A DNA stretch of 64,000 nt from the NCBI GenBank assembly GCA_964396965.1, contig CAYNGD010000003.1, positions 106 to 64,105 on the forward strand, read 5' to 3'. The notes beneath the pieces are model-generated. The model ran no database searches. It was not told where the DNA came from and saw only the letters and a program-made list of their open reading frames with translations. Below are positions 1 through 8,690 of the stretch, piece after piece. The position numbers and the translations under genes are program-made. Every line of letters starts with the position of its first letter. The stretch's first letter is position 1. The DNA comes from an uncultured Dehalococcoidales bacterium (GTDB taxonomy: Bacteria; Chloroflexota; Dehalococcoidia; Dehalococcoidales; BS750m-G39).

Positions 1-221
1 TGTCTACCCTTCCCATTTTATATCTTTTCCCGCTTAAGGATGACTTAGGGCAAATACGGGCTTCACCTCATCAAATTCAGTAGGTTTACGGATATTCCCC
101 CGTCCCCAGTCCGGGTAATACTTAATATAGCTGCTCTCAAGCCGGGAAACGGCTGGCGTGTAGCGCTGAAAACATGTTTAACGGAAAAAAGCAGTCCTTG
201 GAATAAAAAAGGAGGTTAAAA

Positions 222-617
222 GTGAAACCATTTGGAGAACTCTACAAGACCGCGGACTGGAAGACCGAGAAGCACGTGCCGGTAATCGACTGCCCGGATA
301 AGGTGAAAGCCGGCGAGATGTTCCCGGTCAAGGTTACTCTGGGCAAGGAGATAGCTCACCCCAACACCACCGCGCACCATATCCGCTGGATTTCCATCTA
401 TTTCCACGCGGAGGGAGACAAATTCCCCTATCAGATAGGGCGTTTCGAGTTCAGTGCTCACGGGGAATCAACCGAGGGGCCGGATACCAGCTCCGTCTAT
501 ACTCACCATGAGGCCAGCACATCCATGAAGACCAGCAAGCCCGGCACCCTTTACGCCACCGCCCTGTGCAACATACACGGGCTGTGGAGATCAGAGAAAG
601 AGATAAAGGTCTCCTGA
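222..617 (+). CDS. sor: Superoxide reductase, 1Fe neelaredoxin/desulfoferrodoxin catalytic-domain type
   Basis: EKHVP, HPNTTAHHIRWI and CNIHGLW iron-ligand motifs; SD GGAGG before GTG. Confidence 0.9.
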   Translation: MKPFGELYKTADWKTEKHVPVIDCPDKVKAGEMFPVKVTLGKEIAHPNTTAHHIRWISIYFHAEGDKFPYQIGRFEFSAHGESTEGPDTSSVYTHHEASTSMKTSKPGTLYATALCNIHGLWRSEKEIKVS

Positions 618-644
618 TAGACTACAATAAAAGGAGGTGCAACA

Positions 645-1013
645 ATGCCGGAGTTCGTCAACCCTTTTAGTGGTAAACTACCGGACCGTAAGCTCACTGA
701 GGGGGAGCTGGTGAGGGCTATCAGGCTGAACCTCGCCGCCGAGGAGGAAGCGGTGCACCTGTACATGGCTCATGCCGATGCCACCGACCATCCCTTGGCC
801 AAGAAGGTGCTGATTGACATCGCCAACGAGGAACGGACACACGCCGGGGAGTTTTCCCGGCTGCTTCAAATACTGACCGGCGACGAGGACAAGTGGCTGG
901 CCGAGGGCGCTACCGAGGTGGATGAGATGGCCGCCGAGGCCGCTACATCGGAGCCGACGGAAGCTGCACCATCTGGCGGGGAAGAGCCGACCATCGGCTC
1001 AATGAAAGAGTAA
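645..1013 (+). CDS. Encapsulin-associated ferritin-like protein (EncFtn/Flp) with C-terminal cargo-loading peptide
   Basis: EEEAVHLY...NEERTHAGEF ferroxidase motifs; acidic Ala/Pro linker ending in PTIGSMKE (resembles LTVGSL targeting peptide); directly upstream of encapsulin; SD AAGGAGG. Confidence 0.88.
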   Translation: MPEFVNPFSGKLPDRKLTEGELVRAIRLNLAAEEEAVHLYMAHADATDHPLAKKVLIDIANEERTHAGEFSRLLQILTGDEDKWLAEGATEVDEMAAEAATSEPTEAAPSGGEEPTIGSMKE

Positions 1014-1029
1014 CCGAGAGGAGAAATAG

Positions 1030-1821
1030 ATGACAACTAAATATCTTTCCCGAGAAGATGCCCCCATTGAAGCCGCTAGCTGGGAACTGCTGGACGGCAC
1101 CATGCTTGGAGCGGCCAAGAGCGTTTTGAGCGGGCGCCGCATTCTTGACGTTGACGGCCCCTATGGCCTGGGTCTAAAGGCGGTGCCGTTGAGCGACGCC
1201 GAGGCCGGAGCGGCCCCTGTGGTCAGCCCGCTGATGCCGCTGGCGCTGATAAGCCGGACCTTTACCCTGGCCAAGCGGGACCTGGCCGCCTTTGAAAAAG
1301 ACGGGATAATGCTCGACACCGGCCCGGTGGCCGCCGCCGCCATCGAGTGCGCCGGTGTGGAGGATGAGCTGGTTTTCCGGGGGATAAAGGGCACACCCGG
1401 CCTGCTCACCGCCAAGGGCGCTAGCCAGGTGAAGCTATCGTCCTGGGAGCAGGTCGGCGCCGCCGCGGAGGATATCATTAAGGCGGTAACCGCGCTTGAC
1501 GGCGCCGGTTTTCACGGCCCTTACTGCCTGGCGCTGGCCCCCGGCCGCTACAATACGCTGCTGCGCCGCTACCCGACCGGCAACTTCAGCGAGCTGGAAC
1601 ATGTCAAGACGATGGCAACCGCCGGAGTGGTCAAAGCGCCGGCCCTGGAGAGCGGGGGTCTGTTGCTGGCCTCCGGCCGCCAGTATGCTTCAATCGTGCT
1701 TGGACAGGATATGGCCGTCGGCTTCATCGGCCCTGTTGCCGAGAGGCTTGAGTTCTCTATTTCGGAGAGCCTGACGCCCTATATCCGGCAGCCCAGGGCG
1801 CTCTGCCTGCTCAAAGACTGA
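1030..1821 (+). CDS. Family 1 encapsulin shell protein (linocin M18 / HK97 fold)
   Basis: 263 aa; YLSREDAP start, GRRILDVDGPYGLG, GFHGPYCLAL, IVLGQDMAVGF; follows the cargo gene. Confidence 0.92.
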   Translation: MTTKYLSREDAPIEAASWELLDGTMLGAAKSVLSGRRILDVDGPYGLGLKAVPLSDAEAGAAPVVSPLMPLALISRTFTLAKRDLAAFEKDGIMLDTGPVAAAAIECAGVEDELVFRGIKGTPGLLTAKGASQVKLSSWEQVGAAAEDIIKAVTALDGAGFHGPYCLALAPGRYNTLLRRYPTGNFSELEHVKTMATAGVVKAPALESGGLLLASGRQYASIVLGQDMAVGFIGPVAERLEFSISESLTPYIRQPRALCLLKD

Positions 1822-1918
1822 CATCTGGTTAAGTTCTACTTGCTTAAAGCATCGACCGCCGAGTCTGGCAGGGCGGTTAATGCTGTGTGCAATTTATCCC
1901 CTGTTTTAACCTGGGTCT

Positions 1919-2062
1919 ATCTTCCCATATCCGCCCGCCCAAAGAGGTTTCACCTCTTTACATTTCTATTCCCCGCCCCAAGAGGGGTTAATTCCCCTTC
2001 TCCCCCCCAAGAAGAAATTGATAGAAGTAGCACTTCTGTAGGGTGGGTTTGGGTGGGAAGTA
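1919..2062. repeat. Intergenic inverted-repeat element, copy E1
   Basis: CTTCCCATATCCGCCCGCCC at 1921-1940 and GGGTGGGTTTGGGTGGGAAG at 2041-2060; shares AGGTTTCACCTCTTTAC and CTTCTGTAGGG with copy E5. Confidence 0.8.
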
Positions 2063-2123
2063 AGCCCAAAGCGTTTGAGCACCCCCTATGGCTGTGTTAT
2101 AATTCCATCGTAAGGATAACGTT

Positions 2124-3194
2124 ATGTGGGATAGACTAGACCAGATAGAGAAGCGCTACCAGGAGCTTGACCGCCAGATGGCCCGGCCGGAGCTGGCCAC
2201 CGACCTCAAGCGGCTGCAAACGCTGGCCCAGGAGAAGGCGGAGATTGAAGACCTGGTGATCAAATACTGGGCCTACCGGGCTACCGCCAGGGAGCTGGAG
2301 GAAACAAAAGGGATGCTGGACAGCGCCCTGGACGAAGAGATGGGTCGGATGGTCAGGCAGGAGATAGAGAAGCTGGAGGCGAAGCGGCAGCGCCAGCTTG
2401 ACGGGCTTAAGACCGCCCTGGCACCCAAGGACGCCAACGACGACAAGGATATCATCATGGAGATAAGGGCCGGCACCGGCGGCGACGAGGCCGGTCTCTT
2501 TGCCGCCGACCTCTTCAGAATGTACAGCCGCTATGCTCAGGACAAGGGCTGGGCGGTGGATATAATCGACAGCAACGAGAGCGGCATCGGCGGCTTTAAG
2601 GAGATTATCTTTGAGATAAAGGGGAGGGGCGCTTTCAGCCGCCTCAAGTATGAGAGGGGGGTGCACCGGGTGCAGCGGGTGCCGGTCACCGAGTCCTCGG
2701 GGCGTATCCACACCTCGACGGCCACCGTGGCCGTCCTCCCCGAGGCCGACGAGGTTGATATTGACATCAACCCCGAAGACCTCAGGGTCGACATCTTTCA
2801 CAGCGGCGGGGCGGGGGGCCAGAACGTCAACAAGGTAGCCACCGCCGTCCGCATCACCCACCTGCCCACCGGCATCGTCAGCACCTGCCAGGACGAGCGC
2901 TCCCAGCTCCGGAACCGGAGGAAGGCGATGGCGGTACTCCGCGCCCGCCTGCTGGATATAGAGCGGAGCAGGCAGGAGGAGGCAATAACCCAGCAGCGCC
3001 GCTCCCAGGTGGGAGGTGGCAAGCGCGCCGAGAAGATAAGGACCTATAACTTCCCCCAGGACCGCGTCTCCGACCACCGCCTCGGCCAGAGCTTCCGCAG
3101 CCTGCCCCGCATCCTTGATGGCGACCTCGACCCGCTTATAGATGCCCTGGCCTCAAGCGAGCAGGCCAGACAGATGGAGGAGCAGCCGGCTTGA
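2124..3194 (+). CDS. prfA: Peptide chain release factor 1
   Basis: GGQ motif, PVT anticodon-like tripeptide, EIRAGTGGDEA; upstream of prmC. Confidence 0.97.
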   Translation: MWDRLDQIEKRYQELDRQMARPELATDLKRLQTLAQEKAEIEDLVIKYWAYRATARELEETKGMLDSALDEEMGRMVRQEIEKLEAKRQRQLDGLKTALAPKDANDDKDIIMEIRAGTGGDEAGLFAADLFRMYSRYAQDKGWAVDIIDSNESGIGGFKEIIFEIKGRGAFSRLKYERGVHRVQRVPVTESSGRIHTSTATVAVLPEADEVDIDINPEDLRVDIFHSGGAGGQNVNKVATAVRITHLPTGIVSTCQDERSQLRNRRKAMAVLRARLLDIERSRQEEAITQQRRSQVGGGKRAEKIRTYNFPQDRVSDHRLGQSFRSLPRILDGDLDPLIDALASSEQARQMEEQPA

Positions 3195-4057
3195 CCCTGA
3201 AGCAGGCACTCCGCCGCGCCCGGGAGGTTCTCAGCCAGAACGGCGTTGAGGATGCCCCACTGGAGAGCGAGCTGCTGCTGCGCCATACCCTTAAGATAGA
3301 CCGGGTCCAGCTATATATTGACCTTGAAAAGGAACTGCCCCCCCGGCAGGAGCAGACTTTCCGCCGTTTATTAAAGCGCCGCTTGAACGGCGAGCCGGTG
3401 GCCTATATCACCGGCTACCGCGAGTTCTACGGGCTTGACTTCAGGGTTAACCGTAATGTCCTCATCCCCCGCCCCGAGAGCGAGCTTCTGGTGGAAAAAA
3501 CAATAGCTCTTGCTACAAACCACCCCTTACCGTTAATTGCCGACATCGGTACCGGCAGCGGGGCTATTGCTGTCAGCCTGGCGCTTGGCTTGCCCCGGGC
3601 CAAAATTTACGCCACCGATATCTCTGCCGCCACCCTTAAAATAGCCCGGCTCAACTGCCGCAGACACAGCGTGGCTGACAGGGTGCTTCTTTTAGAGGGC
3701 AACCTGCTGGAGCCGTTACCGGAGCCGGTTGACATTATCGTGGCTAACCTGCCCTACGTCCGTAAATCAGAGTTAAACCCGCAGTCAGAGCCGCCGCTGG
3801 CGCTGGACGGCGGTGCCGACGGGACGGAGATTATAGGAAGGCTCTGTCGGCAGGCGGAGGGCAGGCTTAAACCCGGCGGCTGGCTGCTGCTGGAGATAGG
3901 CCAGGGGCAGGGGGAGACGGTCGGGGATATTTTACATAACATATTACCCGATGGCAAGATAGATGTCTTCCCCGACTTGGCCGGCATCGAACGGGTAGTA
4001 TCCCTTAGCCTATGCACAAGCTCGGCTCAACTTGACAGGCAGTGCCTACACTGTTAA
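3191..4057 (+). CDS. prmC: Release factor glutamine methyltransferase
   Basis: DIGTGSG and ANLPY motifs; 4-bp overlap with prfA. Confidence 0.95.
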   Translation: MTLKQALRRAREVLSQNGVEDAPLESELLLRHTLKIDRVQLYIDLEKELPPRQEQTFRRLLKRRLNGEPVAYITGYREFYGLDFRVNRNVLIPRPESELLVEKTIALATNHPLPLIADIGTGSGAIAVSLALGLPRAKIYATDISAATLKIARLNCRRHSVADRVLLLEGNLLEPLPEPVDIIVANLPYVRKSELNPQSEPPLALDGGADGTEIIGRLCRQAEGRLKPGGWLLLEIGQGQGETVGDILHNILPDGKIDVFPDLAGIERVVSLSLCTSSAQLDRQCLHC

Positions 4058-4114
4058 ATTAGATAGTTAGTTTTCCCTAAATTTTAATGGTTAAACGGGA
4101 GGAATTGAGTCGTC

Positions 4115-4915
4115 ATGAACGTGGTTGTCTGCATCAAACAGGTGATTGACCCCGAGGCACCCCCCGCCAGCTTCAAGATCGACCCCGCCAGTAATAAAGT
4201 GGTGCCGCCGGCGGGGGTCTCGCCGGTGGTTGACCCCTACGCCGAATACGCCGTTGAGGCGGCGCTAAAGCTCAAGGATGCCGTGGGGGGCAAAATCACC
4301 GCCCTCAGCCTGGGCTCGAACCAGCTCCGGGACATTGTCAAGAAACCGCTGGCGATGGGGGCGGACGAGCTTATCCTGTTAGAGGATGAGGCCTTCGACG
4401 GGGGCGATAGCTGGTCAACCGCCTACGCCCTGGCCCTGGCCATCAAGAAGATAGGCGAGTATGATATTATCTTCTGCGGCCGTGAGGCCTCGGACTGGAA
4501 CGCCGGACAGGTGGGCTCGGGGATAGCCGAGATACTGGGGCTGCCCAGTGTCACCCTGGCCGAGAAGATAGACATCGCCGACGGCAAGGCCAAGGTGCAG
4601 CGCAAGACCGACGAGGGCTACGAGGTGGTTGAGGTGTCACTGCCCTGCCTGATTACCGTCAGCAACGAGATTGGCGAGCCCCGCTACCCCACCATAAAGG
4701 GGATTATGGCTGCCAAGAAGAAGGAGGCGGTGGTCTGGAAGCCGGCTGATATCGGTGTTGACCCCGCCAAGATAGGCGCTGGTGGCCGGCATACCAAGCT
4801 GCTCAAACTGTTCCAGCCGGTCAAAGAGGGCAAGTGCGAGATAGTCGAGGCGGAGAGCCCGGAGGAAGCGGCTGTGCTTCTGGCGGTAAAGTTGCGGGAG
4901 GTCAAGGTACTATAA
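4115..4915 (+). CDS. etfB: Electron transfer flavoprotein beta subunit
   Basis: VVCIKQV, LAMGAD, GQVGSGIAEILG, EPRYPTIKGIMAAKKK. Confidence 0.95.
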   Translation: MNVVVCIKQVIDPEAPPASFKIDPASNKVVPPAGVSPVVDPYAEYAVEAALKLKDAVGGKITALSLGSNQLRDIVKKPLAMGADELILLEDEAFDGGDSWSTAYALALAIKKIGEYDIIFCGREASDWNAGQVGSGIAEILGLPSVTLAEKIDIADGKAKVQRKTDEGYEVVEVSLPCLITVSNEIGEPRYPTIKGIMAAKKKEAVVWKPADIGVDPAKIGAGGRHTKLLKLFQPVKEGKCEIVEAESPEEAAVLLAVKLREVKVL

Positions 4916-4970
4916 AAAAATTTCTTAACCAGTATTTAACATTCTTGTGTTATAGGTAAGGAGATAAGTC

Positions 4971-5969
4971 ATGGCTGAAAATAAGGGTGTTATGGTCCTA
5001 GGTGAGACTAAAGAAGGCAAGCTGGCCTCAATCTCTACCGAGCTGCTGGGTGGAGGCCGAAAGTTGGCCGATGACCTGGGAGAGGAGCTGGCGGCGGTGC
5101 TGGTCGGCAGTGGCGTCGGTAATCTGGCTCAGGAAGCCGTTGCCTACGGTGCCGATAAGGTCTACGTCGTGGACGACCCCATTTTAAAAGACTACCAGAC
5201 CGATTCTTACGTTGTGGTCATGGAGAAGGTGGTGGGGCAGGCCATGCCCCAGGTTATAATTATGGGGCAGACCTCTATTGGCCGCGACTTGGCCCCCCGG
5301 CTGGCTTTTCGGCTGAACACGGCAGCGGCTATGGGCTGCCTGGAGCTGGCTATCGACCCACAATCCAAGAAGCTGTTACAGACCAAGCCGGTCTACGGTG
5401 GCAACGCCCTGGCTGTTTTTACCACCGATTCCTTCCCCCAGATAGCTACCGTCCGGCCCAAGGCGATGGCTCCCTTAGCGCCCGACCAGTCCCGAAAGGG
5501 AGAGGTAATTAAGGTTGAGGCTGGTTTAGACCCTTCGGCGCTAAAGGCCAAGGTTTTGGAGAAGGTGCCCGAAGAGGTGGAGGGGATAAAGCTGGAGGAT
5601 GCCGCGGTGGTGGTCAGCGGTGGGCGGGGCATCGGCAGCACCGAAGGCTTCCAGCAGTTAGAGGAACTGGCCAAGCTGTTAAGGGGAGCGGTGGGGGCTA
5701 GCCGCCCCCCCTGCGATAACGGCTGGATGCCCACTGGGGCGCAGGTAGGACTCACCGGCAAGATTGTCACCCCCGACCTGTATATTGCCGTCGCCCTCTC
5801 CGGCTCCAGCCAGCACATGTCCGGCTGTTCCGGCTCAAAGACGATAGTAGCCATAAACAAAGACCCCGAGGCTAATATATTCCGGGAAGCCCGTTTCGGC
5901 GTGGTGGGAGACTGGAAAAAGGTAGTGCCCGCCTTCACCGAAAAACTCAAGGAGCTTCTGGCTAAATAA
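4971..5969 (+). CDS. etfA: Electron transfer flavoprotein alpha subunit
   Basis: VVSGGRG, QVGLTGKIVTPDLYIAVALSG, IVAINKDPEANIF. Confidence 0.95.
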   Translation: MAENKGVMVLGETKEGKLASISTELLGGGRKLADDLGEELAAVLVGSGVGNLAQEAVAYGADKVYVVDDPILKDYQTDSYVVVMEKVVGQAMPQVIIMGQTSIGRDLAPRLAFRLNTAAAMGCLELAIDPQSKKLLQTKPVYGGNALAVFTTDSFPQIATVRPKAMAPLAPDQSRKGEVIKVEAGLDPSALKAKVLEKVPEEVEGIKLEDAAVVVSGGRGIGSTEGFQQLEELAKLLRGAVGASRPPCDNGWMPTGAQVGLTGKIVTPDLYIAVALSGSSQHMSGCSGSKTIVAINKDPEANIFREARFGVVGDWKKVVPAFTEKLKELLAK

Positions 5970-5990
5970 GGCAGTATAAGGAGAGAGACG

Positions 5991-6857
5991 ATGAAGCTGC
6001 GAATATTAGCTGGCCTGTTGCTGGCCATCCTGCTGGTTCTTTCCCCGGCGACAGCGGTACTGGCCCAGAATGAGACCCCGGCCCCAGAAACGATTCAGCT
6101 AACCCCCGACTACTCTAAGCTGGAGGGGACATCCGGGACTAGCTTTCTGTTTAACGTTAGTTTGAACTACCAAGGAGCAGAGGCCCGAACCTTTGACCTG
6201 GTGGCTACCGGACCCAAGGACTGGACGACATATATCACTCCAACCTATCCCGAAACCACACAGATATTGAGCATAACGCTTCAGCCAGTGCCGCCCGGCC
6301 AAACTTATGGTGCAACGAAGGTAGAGGTTCATACCTCTCCCCCCGCCTGGCTTATGCCTGAACCCGGGGACTACCAGATAACCCTGGAAGCAACCTCGGG
6401 TGACGTTAAGGGTAGTGTTCAGCTTACGGCAGTAGTAACTGCCAAGTATACCATGTCGCTATCCACACCCAGTGGGCTCCTTAATACCACGGCTACTGCT
6501 GGGAAGGATAACTACTTCTCGGTGGACGTGGCAAACAATGGCTCGGCTCCTATTGATAATATTACCTTTTCTTCGGATAAACCGAGCGGGTGGACAATTG
6601 ACTTTACTCCGAAAAACATTGATTCCCTAAATACCGGCGACTCTCAAACCATAGATGTCAACATAAAGCCACCGAGCAAGACCATCGCCGGCGACTATCA
6701 GATAACCATCACCGCCAACGGAAAGCAAAGCCAGGATAATATTGCTATCAGGGTTACCGTGCAAACGCCCACCGTCTGGGGATGGGTGGGGGTTGGCATC
6801 ATCGTCGTGGTTATCGCTGGCCTGGTATATATCTTTATGCGCTTCAGCCGACGTTAA
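5991..6857 (+). CDS. Secreted, C-terminally anchored NEW3/Ig-like domain protein
   Basis: Signal peptide, two beta-rich repeats (PSGWTIDFTP), C-terminal TM followed by RFSRR; operon with ABC exporter. Confidence 0.7.
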   Translation: MKLRILAGLLLAILLVLSPATAVLAQNETPAPETIQLTPDYSKLEGTSGTSFLFNVSLNYQGAEARTFDLVATGPKDWTTYITPTYPETTQILSITLQPVPPGQTYGATKVEVHTSPPAWLMPEPGDYQITLEATSGDVKGSVQLTAVVTAKYTMSLSTPSGLLNTTATAGKDNYFSVDVANNGSAPIDNITFSSDKPSGWTIDFTPKNIDSLNTGDSQTIDVNIKPPSKTIAGDYQITITANGKQSQDNIAIRVTVQTPTVWGWVGVGIIVVVIAGLVYIFMRFSRR

Positions 6858-6860
6858 AAG

Positions 6861-7790
6861 ATGGACAAGAAGATAGTCGTAGAGACGCGGGACCTGACCA
6901 AGAGGTACGACGGCACCACTGTAGTTGACAACCTCAACCTCCACGTCGCCGAGAACGAGGTCTTCGGCCTGCTCGGCCCCAACGGTGCTGGCAAGACCAC
7001 CACCATCCTGATGCTGCTTGGGCTTACCGAGCCGGCTTCGGGCAACGCCCGGATATTCGGCTTTGACTCCACCCGGGAGCCACTCAAGGTAAAGCGACTC
7101 ACCGGCTATCTTCCGGAGAGGCTGGGCTTCTACGAAGGCCTTACTGCCCGCGAGAACCTGCGCTTTATCGCCTGGCTGAATAATATGCCCAATGACGAGG
7201 CTGAACGCCAGATTGAGCAGGTGCTGGGGGCGGTGGGACTGGCCGAGGTGGCCGACACCGCCGTGGGCAAGTTCTCCCGTGGGATGAAACAGCGCTTAGG
7301 GATAGCCGACGTACTGGTCAAGAAGCCCCGTCTCGCCATTCTCGACGAGCCCACCGCCGGGCTTGACCCGGCGGGGATTAATCAGATTTTGGACCTTATC
7401 GTCGGCCTGCCCAAGATGGATACCACCGTGATAATGTGCTCCCACCGCCTCTATGAGGTGCAGCGGATATGCCAGAGCATCGCCATACTGGCCAAGGGCA
7501 AGCTGGTGGTGGAGGGTAACCTGGAGGCCTTGGGCCGGGAGGCTTTCACCGGAGGCCGCTACCGGATTGAGGTGGAGACCGACGGGGTCAGCCCCCGGCT
7601 GGTAGAAATAATCGCTAAAATCAATGGGGTTGGGAAGGTGGAGGCGGAGGGCAATTTCCTGCACATAACCACCAATTCTGACCTGCGGGCGGCCATCTCC
7701 AAGGCGGTGGTCAACAGCGGTGTGGCCTTAATCCAGATGAAGGTCATGGAGTTCTCGCTGGACGAGATATACAAGAAGTATTTTCATTAA
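6861..7790 (+). CDS. ABC transporter ATP-binding protein
   Basis: GPNGAGKTT, FSRGMKQR, ILDEPT. Confidence 0.93.
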   Translation: MDKKIVVETRDLTKRYDGTTVVDNLNLHVAENEVFGLLGPNGAGKTTTILMLLGLTEPASGNARIFGFDSTREPLKVKRLTGYLPERLGFYEGLTARENLRFIAWLNNMPNDEAERQIEQVLGAVGLAEVADTAVGKFSRGMKQRLGIADVLVKKPRLAILDEPTAGLDPAGINQILDLIVGLPKMDTTVIMCSHRLYEVQRICQSIAILAKGKLVVEGNLEALGREAFTGGRYRIEVETDGVSPRLVEIIAKINGVGKVEAEGNFLHITTNSDLRAAISKAVVNSGVALIQMKVMEFSLDEIYKKYFH

Positions 7791-7799
7791 GGTTAGCTG

Positions 7800-8690
7800 A
7801 TGGTAAACATAATCAGGAAAGAACTGGCCGACTATTTCAACAGCATAAGGTGCTTCATACTGTTTCTGCTGGTATTCGTGGCCAGCGCGGTAGCCCTTTA
7901 CGCCGCCCATCAGGGTATCCGCGATGCCACCAGCGGAAGCAGCTTTATCTTCACCGGCCTGTTTACCACCGGGACCAACATACCTTCGCTGGTGACCTTT
8001 ATCGCCCTCCTCGTCCCCATCATCGGGATAGCCCTCGGCTTTGACGTTATCAATAGTGAGCGCTCCAACGGCACCCTGAACCGAATCCTGTCCCAGCCTA
8101 TCTACCGGGACAGCGTCATCAACGGCAAGTTTCTGGCCGGCATGGTTACCCTAACTATCATGATGCTGACCGCCATGCTGCTGGTTGGAGGCTACGGCCT
8201 GAGGATGATTGGCGTGCCGCCGGCCGCTGAAGAAATCATCCGGCTCTTTATCTACTTCGTCGCCGTCATTATCTACGGGGCCTTCTGGATGGGCCTGGCC
8301 GTCCTTTTCTCCATCTTGTTCCGCAGCCTGGCCATCTCCCTGCTGTGCCCTTTGGCCGTCTGGATACTGCTGGGCAACCCCGTCTTCAACCCCTACGTCA
8401 GTTTTATCGTGCCCGCCGTAAGCCACTCTATAGGGACGCAACTGATGTTGCTGCGGGTTTCCCCCTACTGGCTCTTCGCCGAGGCCACGGCGGCGCTGCT
8501 TGACCCTATGTTTAGGGGTCTGGGAATACTAACCGTCAGTGATACCACCGGGATGTTGTACAGGCCCCTCTCCCTGCAGCAGAGCCTGATTCTGGTCTGG
8601 CCGCAGCTCACCGCCATCATCTGCCTGACCGTTATCTGCTTTGCCGTGAGCTATGTCGTCTTCATGCGGCAGGAGATAAGGTCTACCTAG
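7800..8690 (+). CDS. ABC-2 type permease
   Basis: Multi-TM; ERSNGTLNRILSQP motif; FMRQEIR end. Confidence 0.88.
   Translation: MVNIIRKELADYFNSIRCFILFLLVFVASAVALYAAHQGIRDATSGSSFIFTGLFTTGTNIPSLVTFIALLVPIIGIALGFDVINSERSNGTLNRILSQPIYRDSVINGKFLAGMVTLTIMMLTAMLLVGGYGLRMIGVPPAAEEIIRLFIYFVAVIIYGAFWMGLAVLFSILFRSLAISLLCPLAVWILLGNPVFNPYVSFIVPAVSHSIGTQLMLLRVSPYWLFAEATAALLDPMFRGLGILTVSDTTGMLYRPLSLQQSLILVWPQLTAIICLTVICFAVSYVVFMRQEIRST

Noticed and set aside
1030-1821. Phage major capsid partner of the terminase
   Set aside because: Typical family 1 encapsulin with a cargo gene carrying a targeting peptide; 23 kb away and no portal
2136-3077. 313-aa minus-strand ORF, and similar long antisense ORFs at 43766-44875, 53700-54632 and 56228-57121
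   Set aside because: Lie wholly opposite well-supported genes; codon-bias shadows
2124-3194. prfB with programmed frameshift
   Set aside because: PVT motif, continuous ORF and linkage to prmC identify RF1
4115-5969. Electron-bifurcating Etf assignment
   Set aside because: No adjacent acyl-CoA dehydrogenase/FixC partner and diagnostic residues cannot be placed reliably by eye
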